Below, in pieces: positions 55,132 to 64,000 of a stretch of 64,000 bases of DNA. The stretch is from Candidatus Opimibacter skivensis (GTDB lineage Bacteria > Bacteroidota > Bacteroidia > Chitinophagales > Saprospiraceae): assembly GCA_016722045.1 (NCBI GenBank), contig JADKGY010000006.1, positions 19,960 through 83,959 on the forward strand. Direction: 5' to 3'. A program made the translations under genes and the position numbers. The notes under the pieces are model-generated. The model had not been told where the DNA came from and did not search any database. It worked only from the letters and a program-made list of their open reading frames with translations. Numbering within the stretch: position 1 is the first letter of the stretch; the number at the start of each line of letters is the position of its first letter.

Positions 55132-55267
55132 GCATATGAAGGAAAGGACCATTCTTCATGACGAGAGGACTGAATTTGAGGATTTATTTTATTTACATCT
55201 CCTTCTGTTCTCTACCTCTACTTTTCACTTCGATATTCGCTATTCGTTATTCAATATCCCTCCAGAC

Positions 55268-55990
55268 TTATCCGAGATTGTGAAATACTCTCTGCACATC
55301 CTCGTCAGCTTCCAGTTTGGCGACAAGCTTAAGGACTTCTTCAGCTTGTTCTTCAGATAATTCAACAGTAGTGGTCGGGATCCATTCAAGATGAGAAGTA
55401 AGTACAGGGATTCCTTTTTCTTCGAATGCTTTTTGCATATTTCCGAAATCGGAGAAGCCGCATCTGGCCACGAGTACTTCTTTGCCATTTTCATCGACGC
55501 CCTCCCCCATTTCCTGGAGACCTGCATCGATCAGTTCAAGTTCAAGGTCGTCTGCATTCAGTCCTTCGGGTGAAAGATTGAAGACACCCATTTTGTTGAA
55601 TTGGAAACTTACACTTCCACTGGTGCTCATGGCGCCATTTCCTTTGTTGAAGATGGATCGCACATTTGCGACGGTTCTGACGATATTATCGGTGGCAGCT
55701 TCGACGATGATGGCGATACCATGAGGACCATAGCCTTCGTACATCACCTCTTCATAATTCTCCATGTCTTTGCCCATGGCACGCTTGATGGCGGCCTCGA
55801 TTTTGTCCTTGGGCATATTGACACTACGGGCATTCTGAATGGCTCGACTAAGAGAAGAATTGGTACCTGGTTCAGGCCCTCCGGCTTTGACGGATATGGC
55901 GATTTCCTTCCCGATGCGGGTAAATTGCTTGGCCATCCGGTCATACCGGGCAAACATGGTTGACTTCCTGACTTCAAATATCCTACCCAT
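55268..55990 (-). CDS. yebC: YebC/PmpR family DNA-binding transcriptional regulator
   Basis: 240 aa, collinear with E. coli YebC (YEGYGP.G.AI..E..TDN.NRT...R..F.K.GG..G..GSV). Confidence 0.85.
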   Translation of the reverse strand: MGRIFEVRKSTMFARYDRMAKQFTRIGKEIAISVKAGGPEPGTNSSLSRAIQNARSVNMPKDKIEAAIKRAMGKDMENYEEVMYEGYGPHGIAIIVEAATDNIVRTVANVRSIFNKGNGAMSTSGSVSFQFNKMGVFNLSPEGLNADDLELELIDAGLQEMGEGVDENGKEVLVARCGFSDFGNMQKAFEEKGIPVLTSHLEWIPTTTVELSEEQAEEVLKLVAKLEADEDVQRVFHNLG

Positions 55991-56139
55991 CTGTTATCCT
56001 TTTAGGGGTGCAAAAGTAATGACAATAGGCTTATTAACACAGTTTAACGCCAATATCCTCAGGCTTAACATTCTCACAGCACATCCGCGTTTTGGGTCCT
56101 TCTATTTTTGAGCCATTGTTTATCAGGTATTTCAAGCAT

Positions 56140-56835
56140 ATGAAGACTAACTTTTTACTCTATCTAACCATCATCCTGGCAGGCTTACAGGCATGCGAAC
56201 CAGATTCTTCCTCTAATCGGGTCGAGTTGAAACTGGATACTGAACCTTTTGACCGGATCAGCCTGGCTTCATCTTGTGATATAAAAATTATCCAGTCCGA
56301 TATCTACCAGGTGACACTCACAGGTCGTCAAAAAGATATTGATGATGTCGATGTTAATGTCATAAGCAATAGTCTGAACATAGCCGAACATGGTCAACAC
56401 CCGGATGACTTTGTGATCAGAATCTATGTTCCCGAAATCAAAGACCTTGATTGCTCCGGCAGCAGTTTTATTTATGGAGAAAGTAATTTCACCCAAAACC
56501 GTAATATGAATATTCATCTTTCAGGTTCCGGTGATCTGGATTTCGCGGTGATCACAAATGATCTTGATCTGGAGATTTCCGGTTCGGCAAATGTATTGCT
56601 TGAGGGATCGATAACAAATCTTGATGCTGAAATCACCGGTAGTGGATGGGTGAAATCATTTAAGTTGCAAAGTGATTTTGCTGATGTGCGGATTACAGGA
56701 AGCGGAAGTGCAGAGGTGAATGTGACCTCTGATCTCGATGCATTGATTACAGGAAGTGGAAATGTTTTTTATAAAGGACATCCGCATGTCAGCTCAGAAA
56801 TCACAGGTTCAGGAAAGGTGATTGATGCTAATTAG
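56140..56835 (+). CDS. DUF2807 / head-GIN domain lipoprotein (putative adhesin-like beta-helix)
   Basis: Lipobox LQAC. Repeated ..ITGSG.. / ..ISGS.. beta-strand units typical of DUF2807. ATG at 56140; the track ORF from 56092 includes non-signal leader residues. Confidence 0.55.
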   Translation: MKTNFLLYLTIILAGLQACEPDSSSNRVELKLDTEPFDRISLASSCDIKIIQSDIYQVTLTGRQKDIDDVDVNVISNSLNIAEHGQHPDDFVIRIYVPEIKDLDCSGSSFIYGESNFTQNRNMNIHLSGSGDLDFAVITNDLDLEISGSANVLLEGSITNLDAEITGSGWVKSFKLQSDFADVRITGSGSAEVNVTSDLDALITGSGNVFYKGHPHVSSEITGSGKVIDAN

Positions 56836-56918
56836 GACAATGGGCAATAGGCAATAAGCAATTGGCAATGAGCAATTGGCAAAAACAAAAAGACTGAAAG
56901 ACTAAAGACAAAAGTCTG
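56836..56918. repeat. heptamer tandem array ((n)gcaat(n))x6 then (aagac(n)(n))x4, starting 1 nt after DUF2807 stop
   Basis: ggacaat gggcaat aggcaat aagcaat tggcaat gagcaat tggcaaa aacaaaa agactga aagacta aagacaa aagtctg. Confidence 0.8.
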
Positions 56919-56947
56919 GTCTTAACTTGCTCAAGCCTCACAACTCG

Positions 56948-57135
56948 CTAAAGTGTTTTAATAAGACAGGGGCAAGCCCTGTCAATACTATAGACTATTC
57001 ACTCGGAAAGAGACGCGATAAATCGACGTCTCTACAACCGTTTTTCACTTTTCACGTGGGGTGGAAAGAGACGCGATAAATCGACGTCTCTACAACCGTT
57101 TTTCATTTTTCACTATTCACTACTCTCTACTCCCT
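56948..57135. repeat. BIME-like mosaic element, copy B (inverted relative to copy A): H1 at 56965-56983, H2 duplicated at 57010-57032 and 57068-57090
   Basis: gacaggggcaagccctgtc is the reverse complement of 30096-30114. gagacgcgataaatcgacgtctctacaaccg appears twice and is the reverse complement of 30151-30181. The flanking attcactattca is the reverse complement of 30078-30089. Confidence 0.65.
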
Positions 57136-57170
57136 AAGAAGGATTATACTATTTTCGCTACTGCTTTATT

Positions 57171-58874
57171 ATGGCTAAGAAGAAAGTAAAATCCAAACCA
57201 ACGGAATCATCCTGGATGAAACATACCTGGTGGGCTATACCCCTTCTGGCTATTCTGGTTTACATTCCTTCCTTTACGGGACAGTTTACACTTGATGATA
57301 ATCTGATCGTAGAGGATAATACCATGATCAGGTCGTTGAGTAATCTTCCGCAGATCTGGAAATCACATTATTGGGCAGGAAAGATTGATGCCAATGACAC
57401 GAGCCTTTACCGGCCGCTGACACTGACTACATATGCGCTTCAGTACGCAATGACGAAGGGTAATCCGATTCCTTTTCATATTCTCAATATCCTGCTTCAT
57501 GCATTAGTTTGCTTTTCATTGATGAAGCTTGTACATCTGCTTTTCAAAAATAACTACCTGACATTTTTATCGGGTTTGTTCTTTGCCATTCATCCCATAC
57601 ATACAGAAGCCGTATCAGGCATTGTGGGCAGGGCGGAACTCATGTCTGCACTTTTTATAATGACAGCATCCATCAGTTATCATCACTGGCGCGAAAAAGG
57701 AAATAGTAAGTGGCTGATTGCATTGCTTCTCTCAACTGCTGCTGCAATTACCTCCAAAGAACATGGCTTTATGATTCCCCTCATCCTGGCCGTTCAGGAA
57801 ACAGCCTATTATTTCAACACTAGAAAATACCAGTGGGGCAACAAGCGAATCTGGACTGCCATCGGAAGTGTTACCCTTATTTGTATTTGCCTTTGGATAG
57901 TCCATAGTAATATCACAGGGCCGCCTGTTCCCCATGAACAATGGCTTGGGGTAAAGCCATCAAATCGAATCGCCACCTCACTGCGGACAGCGGCCGAATA
58001 TTTGGGTCTGCATATTTGGCCTATGAAATTATCTGCTGATTACTGGACTGATGAAGTTCCGATTGTTGGATTTGGACATATAAAAGTCATTCTTACATTG
58101 TTTCTTCTTCTCCTGATTAAGGCTCTTGCCTTTTGGCAACGGCGTCGGATGGTGCCCTTTACATGGGGGATCATGTTCTTTTTTCTCACCTTATTACCTG
58201 TCTCAAATCTATTATTTGCAGCAGGTTTTCTTAAAGCAGAACGGATCTTATATATTCCTTCGATAGGGATCATCGTCGCCGTGGCTGCGCTACTGGTCAG
58301 GCTCTATGAGACCGGAAAAGGAAAAGTAGCTGCTTATATATTGACAGGCTTACTGACTCTGTTTTTTATTGGAAGAACCTGGATAAGGGCATCAGATTGG
58401 AAAAGCAATTTCACCCTGGCGCAGGCCACATTGAAAACTTCGCCCAATTCACCCCGGTTTAACAATATGATGGGGCTTGAAATGGAGCATCAGAACAAGC
58501 ATGAGGAGGCTTTAAAATATTATGAACGAGCCGTCAAAGGAAATCCAAATCATGTACCTGCTCTTGTCAACCTGGCTACGGAGTATAACAACTTCAAGCG
58601 TTCGGATGAAGCAATCGCTACACTGAAAAAGGCAATCAAAATTGATCCAAATACAGTGATCGCTTATGTCAATCTAATGTCGGTATACAGGTCTCTTGGT
58701 GACTATGACAATAACCTTGCAGTAGCCAATCAGGCGCTGGCTATGTTTCCCGGCTCAGCTCCCGTACTGTGGAATGCTGCCAATGCCTATCAATTGAAGC
58801 AGGATATGCCGAAAGCCAATGAACTCAGAGCAAAGGCAAAACAAATCCAACCGGATATCGGCGGAAATCAATAA
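57171..58874 (+). CDS. TPR-repeat integral membrane protein (TMTC/PMT-like, DUF1736 type)
   Basis: 567 aa. About 10 N-terminal TM helices then C-terminal TPR-like repeats (ALKYYERAVKGNPNHVPALVNLA..., AIATLKKAIKIDPNTVIAYVNL...). Confidence 0.5.
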   Translation: MAKKKVKSKPTESSWMKHTWWAIPLLAILVYIPSFTGQFTLDDNLIVEDNTMIRSLSNLPQIWKSHYWAGKIDANDTSLYRPLTLTTYALQYAMTKGNPIPFHILNILLHALVCFSLMKLVHLLFKNNYLTFLSGLFFAIHPIHTEAVSGIVGRAELMSALFIMTASISYHHWREKGNSKWLIALLLSTAAAITSKEHGFMIPLILAVQETAYYFNTRKYQWGNKRIWTAIGSVTLICICLWIVHSNITGPPVPHEQWLGVKPSNRIATSLRTAAEYLGLHIWPMKLSADYWTDEVPIVGFGHIKVILTLFLLLLIKALAFWQRRRMVPFTWGIMFFFLTLLPVSNLLFAAGFLKAERILYIPSIGIIVAVAALLVRLYETGKGKVAAYILTGLLTLFFIGRTWIRASDWKSNFTLAQATLKTSPNSPRFNNMMGLEMEHQNKHEEALKYYERAVKGNPNHVPALVNLATEYNNFKRSDEAIATLKKAIKIDPNTVIAYVNLMSVYRSLGDYDNNLAVANQALAMFPGSAPVLWNAANAYQLKQDMPKANELRAKAKQIQPDIGGNQ

Positions 58875-59406
58875 TTCTTTACATATTAAATAATTCCATT
58901 ATATTTGTTGTGTAATGATTTTGAAAAATATGTACTATGTATCAACATAAGTGCATTCGAGATCGTTATTATAACAAATCATTCCCATGATGCGTATCGT
59001 AAATCGGATTATTAATCTATTCCGGGGACGAAAGACAAGGAAATCAACTCCTGTTGTCACTGTCCACAAGGAAGAGTATGAACGTTGGTTAGGAATCTAA
59101 ATTCCTTTTCGCGTTCCAGAGCATATCAATCGGCATTCTTGTTCGACCTGAGCAATTATTAAGTCTTCCTGCTGCAATTTCTAACCTGTTTTCCTTCCAA
59201 TCTATCAGAGCCATGCCTCCACATGCATTCCAAAAATTTCTAAGGAAAATCTAAGAAAAAAAGACCCGGACATCTTTTTTTTTATATCTTTAAGCCCGAT
59301 TCATTTAAGCTCTCAAAGCTCAATAACAACCTAATACCCCCCACGCAGTATTACTTGTAATCATCAACAGGAAGAATGCATTTTTTTAAACATTATCTAT
59401 CCTACA

Positions 59407-60759
59407 ATGAAGAGGTTCGTTACATTTATTTTACTTCTAGTCGCTTTCATTTATTTCGTGGCCTGCACGCATGATCCGGTCCTGGACGTCGATAATCAAC
59501 TTATCAAATTGTTGAATGAGAATGCTCTTAACGGGACATATGAACACTATATCATGCCGGAGAGCGATGACTTTTCAAATCTCCCAAATCAGGACATCAA
59601 GAATCCTATCACATCTACTAAAGTTCAATTAGGGAAATTACTTTTCTTCGAAACCGGTATCGGCCTTCAGCCAAAATACCCGGTATCAAAACAAGCCTAT
59701 TCATGTGCAACCTGTCATATTCCTTCTCGGGGATTTACAGCAGGTCGCTTCCAGGGGATTGCAGATGGAGCTATAGGATTCGGTGATCATGGAGAAGGTC
59801 GTAATATAAATCCGCTATATACCGGCGCTGAGGTGGATGCCCAGGGTGCACGTCCTTTGGCAGTCATCAATACCACTTATATCACCAATGCCTTATGGGC
59901 AGGGACATTCGGTTCCTATGGCGTCAACGCGGGTACAGAATCCGTATGGCATCAGGATACGCTTGTAGAAATAAATTTTCAGGGACTACAAGGTCTCGAA
60001 GCCAATAATGCGAGGGCGTTGACCGTACATCGCCAGGTCATCAACAAAGATGTAACAGACTCATTGGGCTATACAGCTATGTTTGATGATGCATTTCCGG
60101 ATATTCCGGTGAGTGAGCGATATTCACGTATGACTGGAGCATTCGCTATTGCAGCATACTTCAGAACTATCCTGACCAATCAGGCCCCGTTCCAGAAATG
60201 GCTCAAAGGTGATCTGAGTGCGATGAACGAACAGCAAAAAGAAGGTGCCATTTTGTTTTTCGGAAAAGCAGGCTGTGTCAGATGTCATAACAGCCCATCA
60301 TTGAACAGCATGCCCCATACTTTCTTTTCTGTCGGCGTGAAAAATGAAAGTGAAACCGGAAATAAGGTCTTCAGAACTGACCGTACAGACAAACGAAATC
60401 TTGGTCGCGGAGGATTTACAGGCGTGAGGGACGATATTCATAAATTTAAAGTACCTCAGCTTTATAATCTTAAAAACTTTGGTTTTTACTTTCATGGTGC
60501 CAGCAAGACTTCGATCAGGGACGTAGTTGAATATTTCAATGCGGGTGTTCCTGAAAACAAAGAAATATCACCTGCTGAACTCTCACCTTATTTCCAGCCA
60601 TTGCACCTGACAGCTACAGAAGTAGACAATCTGGTTGAATTCCTTGACAATGGATTGTTCGATCCTGATCTGGAAAGGTATGCGCCTACCTCAGTAATGT
60701 CAGGAAATTGTTTCCCCAATAATGATCATCAGTCACAGATTGATTTGGGTTGCAATTGA
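59407..60759 (+). CDS. di-haem cytochrome c peroxidase (CCP/MauG family), lipoprotein
   Basis: Lipobox FVAC. Two haem-binding sites, CATCH and CVRCH, with spacing and flanking residues typical of bacterial CCP. Confidence 0.8.
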   Translation: MKRFVTFILLLVAFIYFVACTHDPVLDVDNQLIKLLNENALNGTYEHYIMPESDDFSNLPNQDIKNPITSTKVQLGKLLFFETGIGLQPKYPVSKQAYSCATCHIPSRGFTAGRFQGIADGAIGFGDHGEGRNINPLYTGAEVDAQGARPLAVINTTYITNALWAGTFGSYGVNAGTESVWHQDTLVEINFQGLQGLEANNARALTVHRQVINKDVTDSLGYTAMFDDAFPDIPVSERYSRMTGAFAIAAYFRTILTNQAPFQKWLKGDLSAMNEQQKEGAILFFGKAGCVRCHNSPSLNSMPHTFFSVGVKNESETGNKVFRTDRTDKRNLGRGGFTGVRDDIHKFKVPQLYNLKNFGFYFHGASKTSIRDVVEYFNAGVPENKEISPAELSPYFQPLHLTATEVDNLVEFLDNGLFDPDLERYAPTSVMSGNCFPNNDHQSQIDLGCN

Positions 60760-60912
60760 TTTTTCTTCATGAGTCTCATTCGTATATTCTAAGCATATTA
60801 TAAGGAGATAGTTAGTTTTCTTTCTGACAAATAGTATCATATTTGACCATCAATATGTAAACCATTTACTAGTCATCTCTACGCGGATTTTTTCCGATTT
60901 TAATCATACGAA

Positions 60913-61338
60913 ATGATCAATCTCCTCTTATCAAACCGCAAAAGAATGCTCATGATCAGTTTGGGTATTGTCTATCTGTGGTTTGGCATGCTTAAATTTT
61001 TCCCGGGGATAAGTCCCGCTGAAGGGTTGGCTAAAGAAACATTGACGATGCTGACTTTTGGCCTTGTGCCCACAACGATTACCTATTTTATTCTGGCATT
61101 GTGGGAAGTAACAATTGGTATTTTTTTGTTGTTGAATATGCAAATCAGATTTGTGATCTATCTGGCTTTGCTCCATATTCTGTTCACCTTTACGCCTCTG
61201 TTTCTTCTACCCTCATTGTCATTCAATGAAAAAATTTATTCGCTGACCTTAGTCGGACAATACATTATTAAAAACCTGATCATCTTCAGTGCATTGCTGT
61301 TTGTATATCCTGAAAAGGAAAAAATAGCAATAGTCTGA
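60913..61338 (+). CDS. DoxX-family membrane protein
   Basis: 141 aa, 4 TM helices, LGIVYLWFGMLKF N-terminal helix typical of DoxX. Confidence 0.45.
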   Translation: MINLLLSNRKRMLMISLGIVYLWFGMLKFFPGISPAEGLAKETLTMLTFGLVPTTITYFILALWEVTIGIFLLLNMQIRFVIYLALLHILFTFTPLFLLPSLSFNEKIYSLTLVGQYIIKNLIIFSALLFVYPEKEKIAIV

Positions 61339-61559
61339 TAAAGATATTCCTATAAAATCAGAATCAAAGAGTATCTCAAAAGATGGTCGGGGGAATTGGC
61401 TATCAATCGGTTATGACCTCGTGGCACGACTAGTGGTGGTACGATAATAGCCCTGAAAAGGATTTCGACGAAATCAGTTTTATAAAACCTATTTTTCCCC
61501 GAACTAGGATTTGGTAAGCAAGTGTTAACAATCCTGATTGTGGTTTTTGGTATATCTGT

Positions 61560-61895
61560 ATGACTTATCTTCGGTATGTGCATTCCTTGAAAAGCATATT
61601 AGCCTATTTGTGTTTAATTGTTTTCCTTTTCCCCCAGGTGGAGAGTGAAGTCCACAATTATGCACACAAGGATGATTTTCATTGCAGGGACAACAGTACC
61701 ATGCATTTTCACAAAGCTGAACACCATTGTATCCTTTGTGACTTCACCAATAATTTTTCTGCGTCGCCCTCATTAGCCCAGTATTCGATTGAGATACAGC
61801 AACCTGCTTCTCTCAATTTCTTTTTCCCCACAATTAACTATTACCTCCAGCCTAAGGACTTCCAGTCCCTGCGTGGGCCCCCTGCTTTAGCTTAA
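61560..61895 (+). CDS. hypothetical small membrane-anchored His/Cys-rich protein
   Basis: 111 aa, N-terminal hydrophobic helix, then H..H..D..HC....H.H...HHC..C cluster. It sits directly upstream of the OMP and znuA-like genes. Confidence 0.35.
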   Translation: MTYLRYVHSLKSILAYLCLIVFLFPQVESEVHNYAHKDDFHCRDNSTMHFHKAEHHCILCDFTNNFSASPSLAQYSIEIQQPASLNFFFPTINYYLQPKDFQSLRGPPALA

Positions 61896-61968
61896 ATTTT
61901 TTACTCAGCCTGTTTTGTCCGGGTGAGTATACTCATGGTATCTCCATGTCTAATAAAAATTTTAAGCT

Positions 61969-63111
61969 ATGTATATCAACTATATAATTCTATGCATCCT
62001 CCTTTTTGGAGCTGTACATATTTACGCCCAGGCAGACAGCACAAAAACGGATTCACTCTTACTTCTGCAGATTCAAAATGAATTACAGCAACCACAGCCC
62101 CCTCCTCAGCCACGAGTTGGTGCTTCTGCAAATCCAAATCTGAGTGTCATCGGCGATATGAGGGGCCTGTATCGAAGTTTCGGCGCGCACAACTTCGATG
62201 CTGTTCTGCAGGAAGTTGAATTTTCATTTGAATCTGTCATTGACCCCTATGCAAGAGCTAATTTCTTTTATTCTGTTGGCGAGGATGCTGCGACAGGGGA
62301 GTTTTCGAGTGAAATAGAAGAAGGATATCTTACAACACTGTCATTGCCCGCCCATCTTCAGTTGAAGGCAGGAAGATTTAAAGAAGATATAGGGAGAGTG
62401 AATCCGATACATGCACATGCATTGCCTTTCGTTGATGCACCCGATGCCTATGTCAATTTTTTTGGTGAAGAAGGTCTGAAAGGTGATGGTTTGTCCCTGA
62501 GTTGGTTGTTGCCAAATCAATCTTTCTTCCAGGAACTCACCGTAGAAGCTACAAATGTGGCTGAAAGTCCTAGCTTTCAAAGAAGTAAGAAAAATAACTA
62601 TCTCTATCTCGCGCACCTCAAAAATTTCTGGGACCTCACTCCAAATGCAACCCTCGAATTTGGTCTTACCGGAATCAATGGAGAAAATCTGAAAGGTAAA
62701 ATCACCAATATTCTGGCTTTGGATCTTACTTACAAATGGAAACCAGTTCAATTCAATACCTATAAATCCGTCACTTTTCAGAATGAATTTTATTATAGCC
62801 ATGCCAAACTCGACAGCAGCACTGTCAATGCATTGGGGTACTATTCAATGCTGAATGTTCAGGTAGCTAAACGTCTTTTCCTGGTCGGACGATATGATTA
62901 TTCCAATACACCATATTCAAATTCATTTGTACAACAATCAGGTTCTGCCACCCTGGGCTGGTACGCAACAGAATTTCAGAAGATAGAGGCACAAGTAAAG
63001 TATACCACCACAAATCAGGCTTTGGAAGAAAATAATAACGAGAAGAATTTCTCACAGGTATTGGTGCGATGGATTTTCGTCATTGGATCACATGGAGCAC
63101 ATATGTATTGA
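61969..63111 (+). CDS. putative outer-membrane beta-barrel (porin-like) protein
   Basis: Signal peptide MYINYIILCILLFGAVHIYAQ, alternating amphipathic beta-strands, C-terminal aromatic-rich end. The family is not recognised. Confidence 0.45.
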   Translation: MYINYIILCILLFGAVHIYAQADSTKTDSLLLLQIQNELQQPQPPPQPRVGASANPNLSVIGDMRGLYRSFGAHNFDAVLQEVEFSFESVIDPYARANFFYSVGEDAATGEFSSEIEEGYLTTLSLPAHLQLKAGRFKEDIGRVNPIHAHALPFVDAPDAYVNFFGEEGLKGDGLSLSWLLPNQSFFQELTVEATNVAESPSFQRSKKNNYLYLAHLKNFWDLTPNATLEFGLTGINGENLKGKITNILALDLTYKWKPVQFNTYKSVTFQNEFYYSHAKLDSSTVNALGYYSMLNVQVAKRLFLVGRYDYSNTPYSNSFVQQSGSATLGWYATEFQKIEAQVKYTTTNQALEENNNEKNFSQVLVRWIFVIGSHGAHMY

Positions 63112-63305
63112 CGAGTAACGAGTAACGAATGACGAGTATCGAATGACGAGTAACGAGTAACGAATGACAAGTAACGAGTAACGAATGACGAGTAACGAAT
63201 GACAAGTAACGAGTAACGAGTAACGAATGACGAGTATCGAATGACGAGTATCGAATGACGAGTATCGAACTGACGAGTATCGAATGACGAGTATCGAACT
63301 GACGT
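63109..63305. repeat. 28-unit heptamer tandem array ((g/a)(a/t)cga(g/a)t-type: gacgagt aacgagt aacgaat atcgaat ...) beginning in the OMP stop codon
   Basis: Read directly across 63109-63305. About 75 nt after the array ends, the ATG of the znuA-like gene follows at 63384. Confidence 0.85.
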
Positions 63306-63383
63306 TCGAGTGTCTCTGACCTCGAACCGGCGAAAATCAAATAAATAGTGAAAAATGAATTCTAAAATCTAAAATTAATAATC

Positions 63384-64000
63384 ATGAAATTTTTAATAAC
63401 AGCTTTACTATCCGTCTTTTTTATCCAGTTTATGTCAGCCGGTGTCCTCCATGTAGTCACCACAACTCAGGATACACGAAGTATCACAGAACTTATAGGC
63501 GGAGATAAAGTAGAAGTCTTTGCGATCGCTACGGGGTATCAGAATCCGCATTTTGTGGATCCGAAACCGAGTTACATCATCAAGCTATCGAGTGCGGATA
63601 TGTATGTGACACTTGGACTTGATCTGGAAAGTGGTTGGTCGCCTTCATTACTTTCCAGTTCAAGGAATACAAAGATTCAGAGAGGAAGCAATGGTTATGT
63701 GGATGCTTCATTCGGTGTATCGCTGATGCAGGTCCCCTCTTCGATCAACCGGGCTGAAGGTGATATACATGCTTTTGGCAATCCACACTATTGGCTTGAT
63801 CCGTTGAATGGAAAAATAATTGCCCGCAATATTTGCAATGGACTTGAAAAGATTTCGCCTGAAAACAAATCTATATTCGAAGCCAACCTGAAGAAATTTG
63901 ATGATCAGATTGATCTCAAGATGAAAGCATGGGCTTCAGCAATGGCCGGATTTAAAGGATCAAAAGTGATCGCTTATCACAATGAATGGTGTTACTTCGA
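63384..64000 (+). CDS. znuA: metal (Zn/Mn) ABC-transporter substrate-binding protein, ZnuA/TroA family (5' part, runs off window)
   Basis: ATG at 63384-63386, signal peptide MKFLITALLSVFFIQFMSAG, then ..GYQNPHFVDPKPS.. and ..DIHAFGNPHYWLDP.. His-containing metal-site motifs. No stop before 64000. Confidence 0.7.
   Translation, partial: MKFLITALLSVFFIQFMSAGVLHVVTTTQDTRSITELIGGDKVEVFAIATGYQNPHFVDPKPSYIIKLSSADMYVTLGLDLESGWSPSLLSSSRNTKIQRGSNGYVDASFGVSLMQVPSSINRAEGDIHAFGNPHYWLDPLNGKIIARNICNGLEKISPENKSIFEANLKKFDDQIDLKMKAWASAMAGFKGSKVIAYHNEWCYF

Noticed and set aside
54883-55360. ORFs 54883-55152 (-), 54911-55159 (-) and 55112-55360 (+)
   Set aside because: They are translations of the tandem gaagtaa/gaagtt array and its flanking inverted repeat (LQLQLQLL.., TSTSYF..). 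The region is intergenic between convergent genes.
30078-57135. Inverted copies of the hairpin element at 30.1 kb and 57.0 kb as possible terminal inverted repeats of a 27-kb mobile element
   Set aside because: The interval contains core genes (prs, rplY, tRNA-Asp, mlaDFE). It has no transposase, integrase or target-site duplication. A third H1 copy sits outside at 26.85 kb, and module order differs between copies. This is more consistent with dispersed REP/BIME-like elements.
63080-63340. ORF 63080-63340 (-), 86 aa
   Set aside because: Pure translation of the 28-unit heptamer array (TRHSILV/TRHSLLV repeats).

Overview
The window looks like Bacteroidota chromosome. Two proteins end in T9SS type-A sorting domains, and the first 23.5 kb carries HYR/SprB-type Ig-like repeat modules. 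Nt 1-23476 is the 5' ~23.5 kb (7,825 codons, product N-terminus) of one giant minus-strand cell-surface adhesin gene. Its C-terminus lies beyond the window start. From N to C it has a signal peptide, a right-handed beta-helix with autotransporter-type PATR repeats, a SprB-like repeat, duplicated Cys-rich modules, and about 72 tandem 240-bp (80-aa) HYR-like Ig repeats in two sub-families. One sub-family is near-identical at the DNA level. Every + strand ORF in the supplied track over 18-22727 is an antisense artefact of this gene. The remaining 40 kb is an ordinary mixed neighbourhood: SSS-family transporter, TSUP exporter, methylmalonyl-CoA epimerase, T9SS-secreted lipase, SWIM zinc-finger protein, nucleoside phosphorylase, flotillin/NfeD pair, prs-rplY, YafV amidase, NlpC/P60, SET-domain protein, EamA transporter, M19 dipeptidase, a three-gene NHEJ module (ku / stand-alone LigD phosphoesterase / LigD ligase-polymerase), PEBP, mlaDFE, PfkB kinase, PNPOx-like protein, YtxH, tRNA-Asp, an internally duplicated 1,582-aa BNR/Asp-box T9SS protein, yebC, DUF2807, a TPR membrane protein, di-haem cytochrome c peroxidase, DoxX and a zinc-uptake locus (OM beta-barrel + ZnuA). 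The non-coding DNA holds the main unexplained content. At least seven arrays of degenerate heptanucleotide tandem repeats (STRR-like) sit mostly right after stop codons. A BIME-like family of two conserved hairpin modules occurs in three places and in both orientations. There are also several long perfect palindromes. I see no CRISPR array, no IS/transposase, no integrase and no recognisable defence system.
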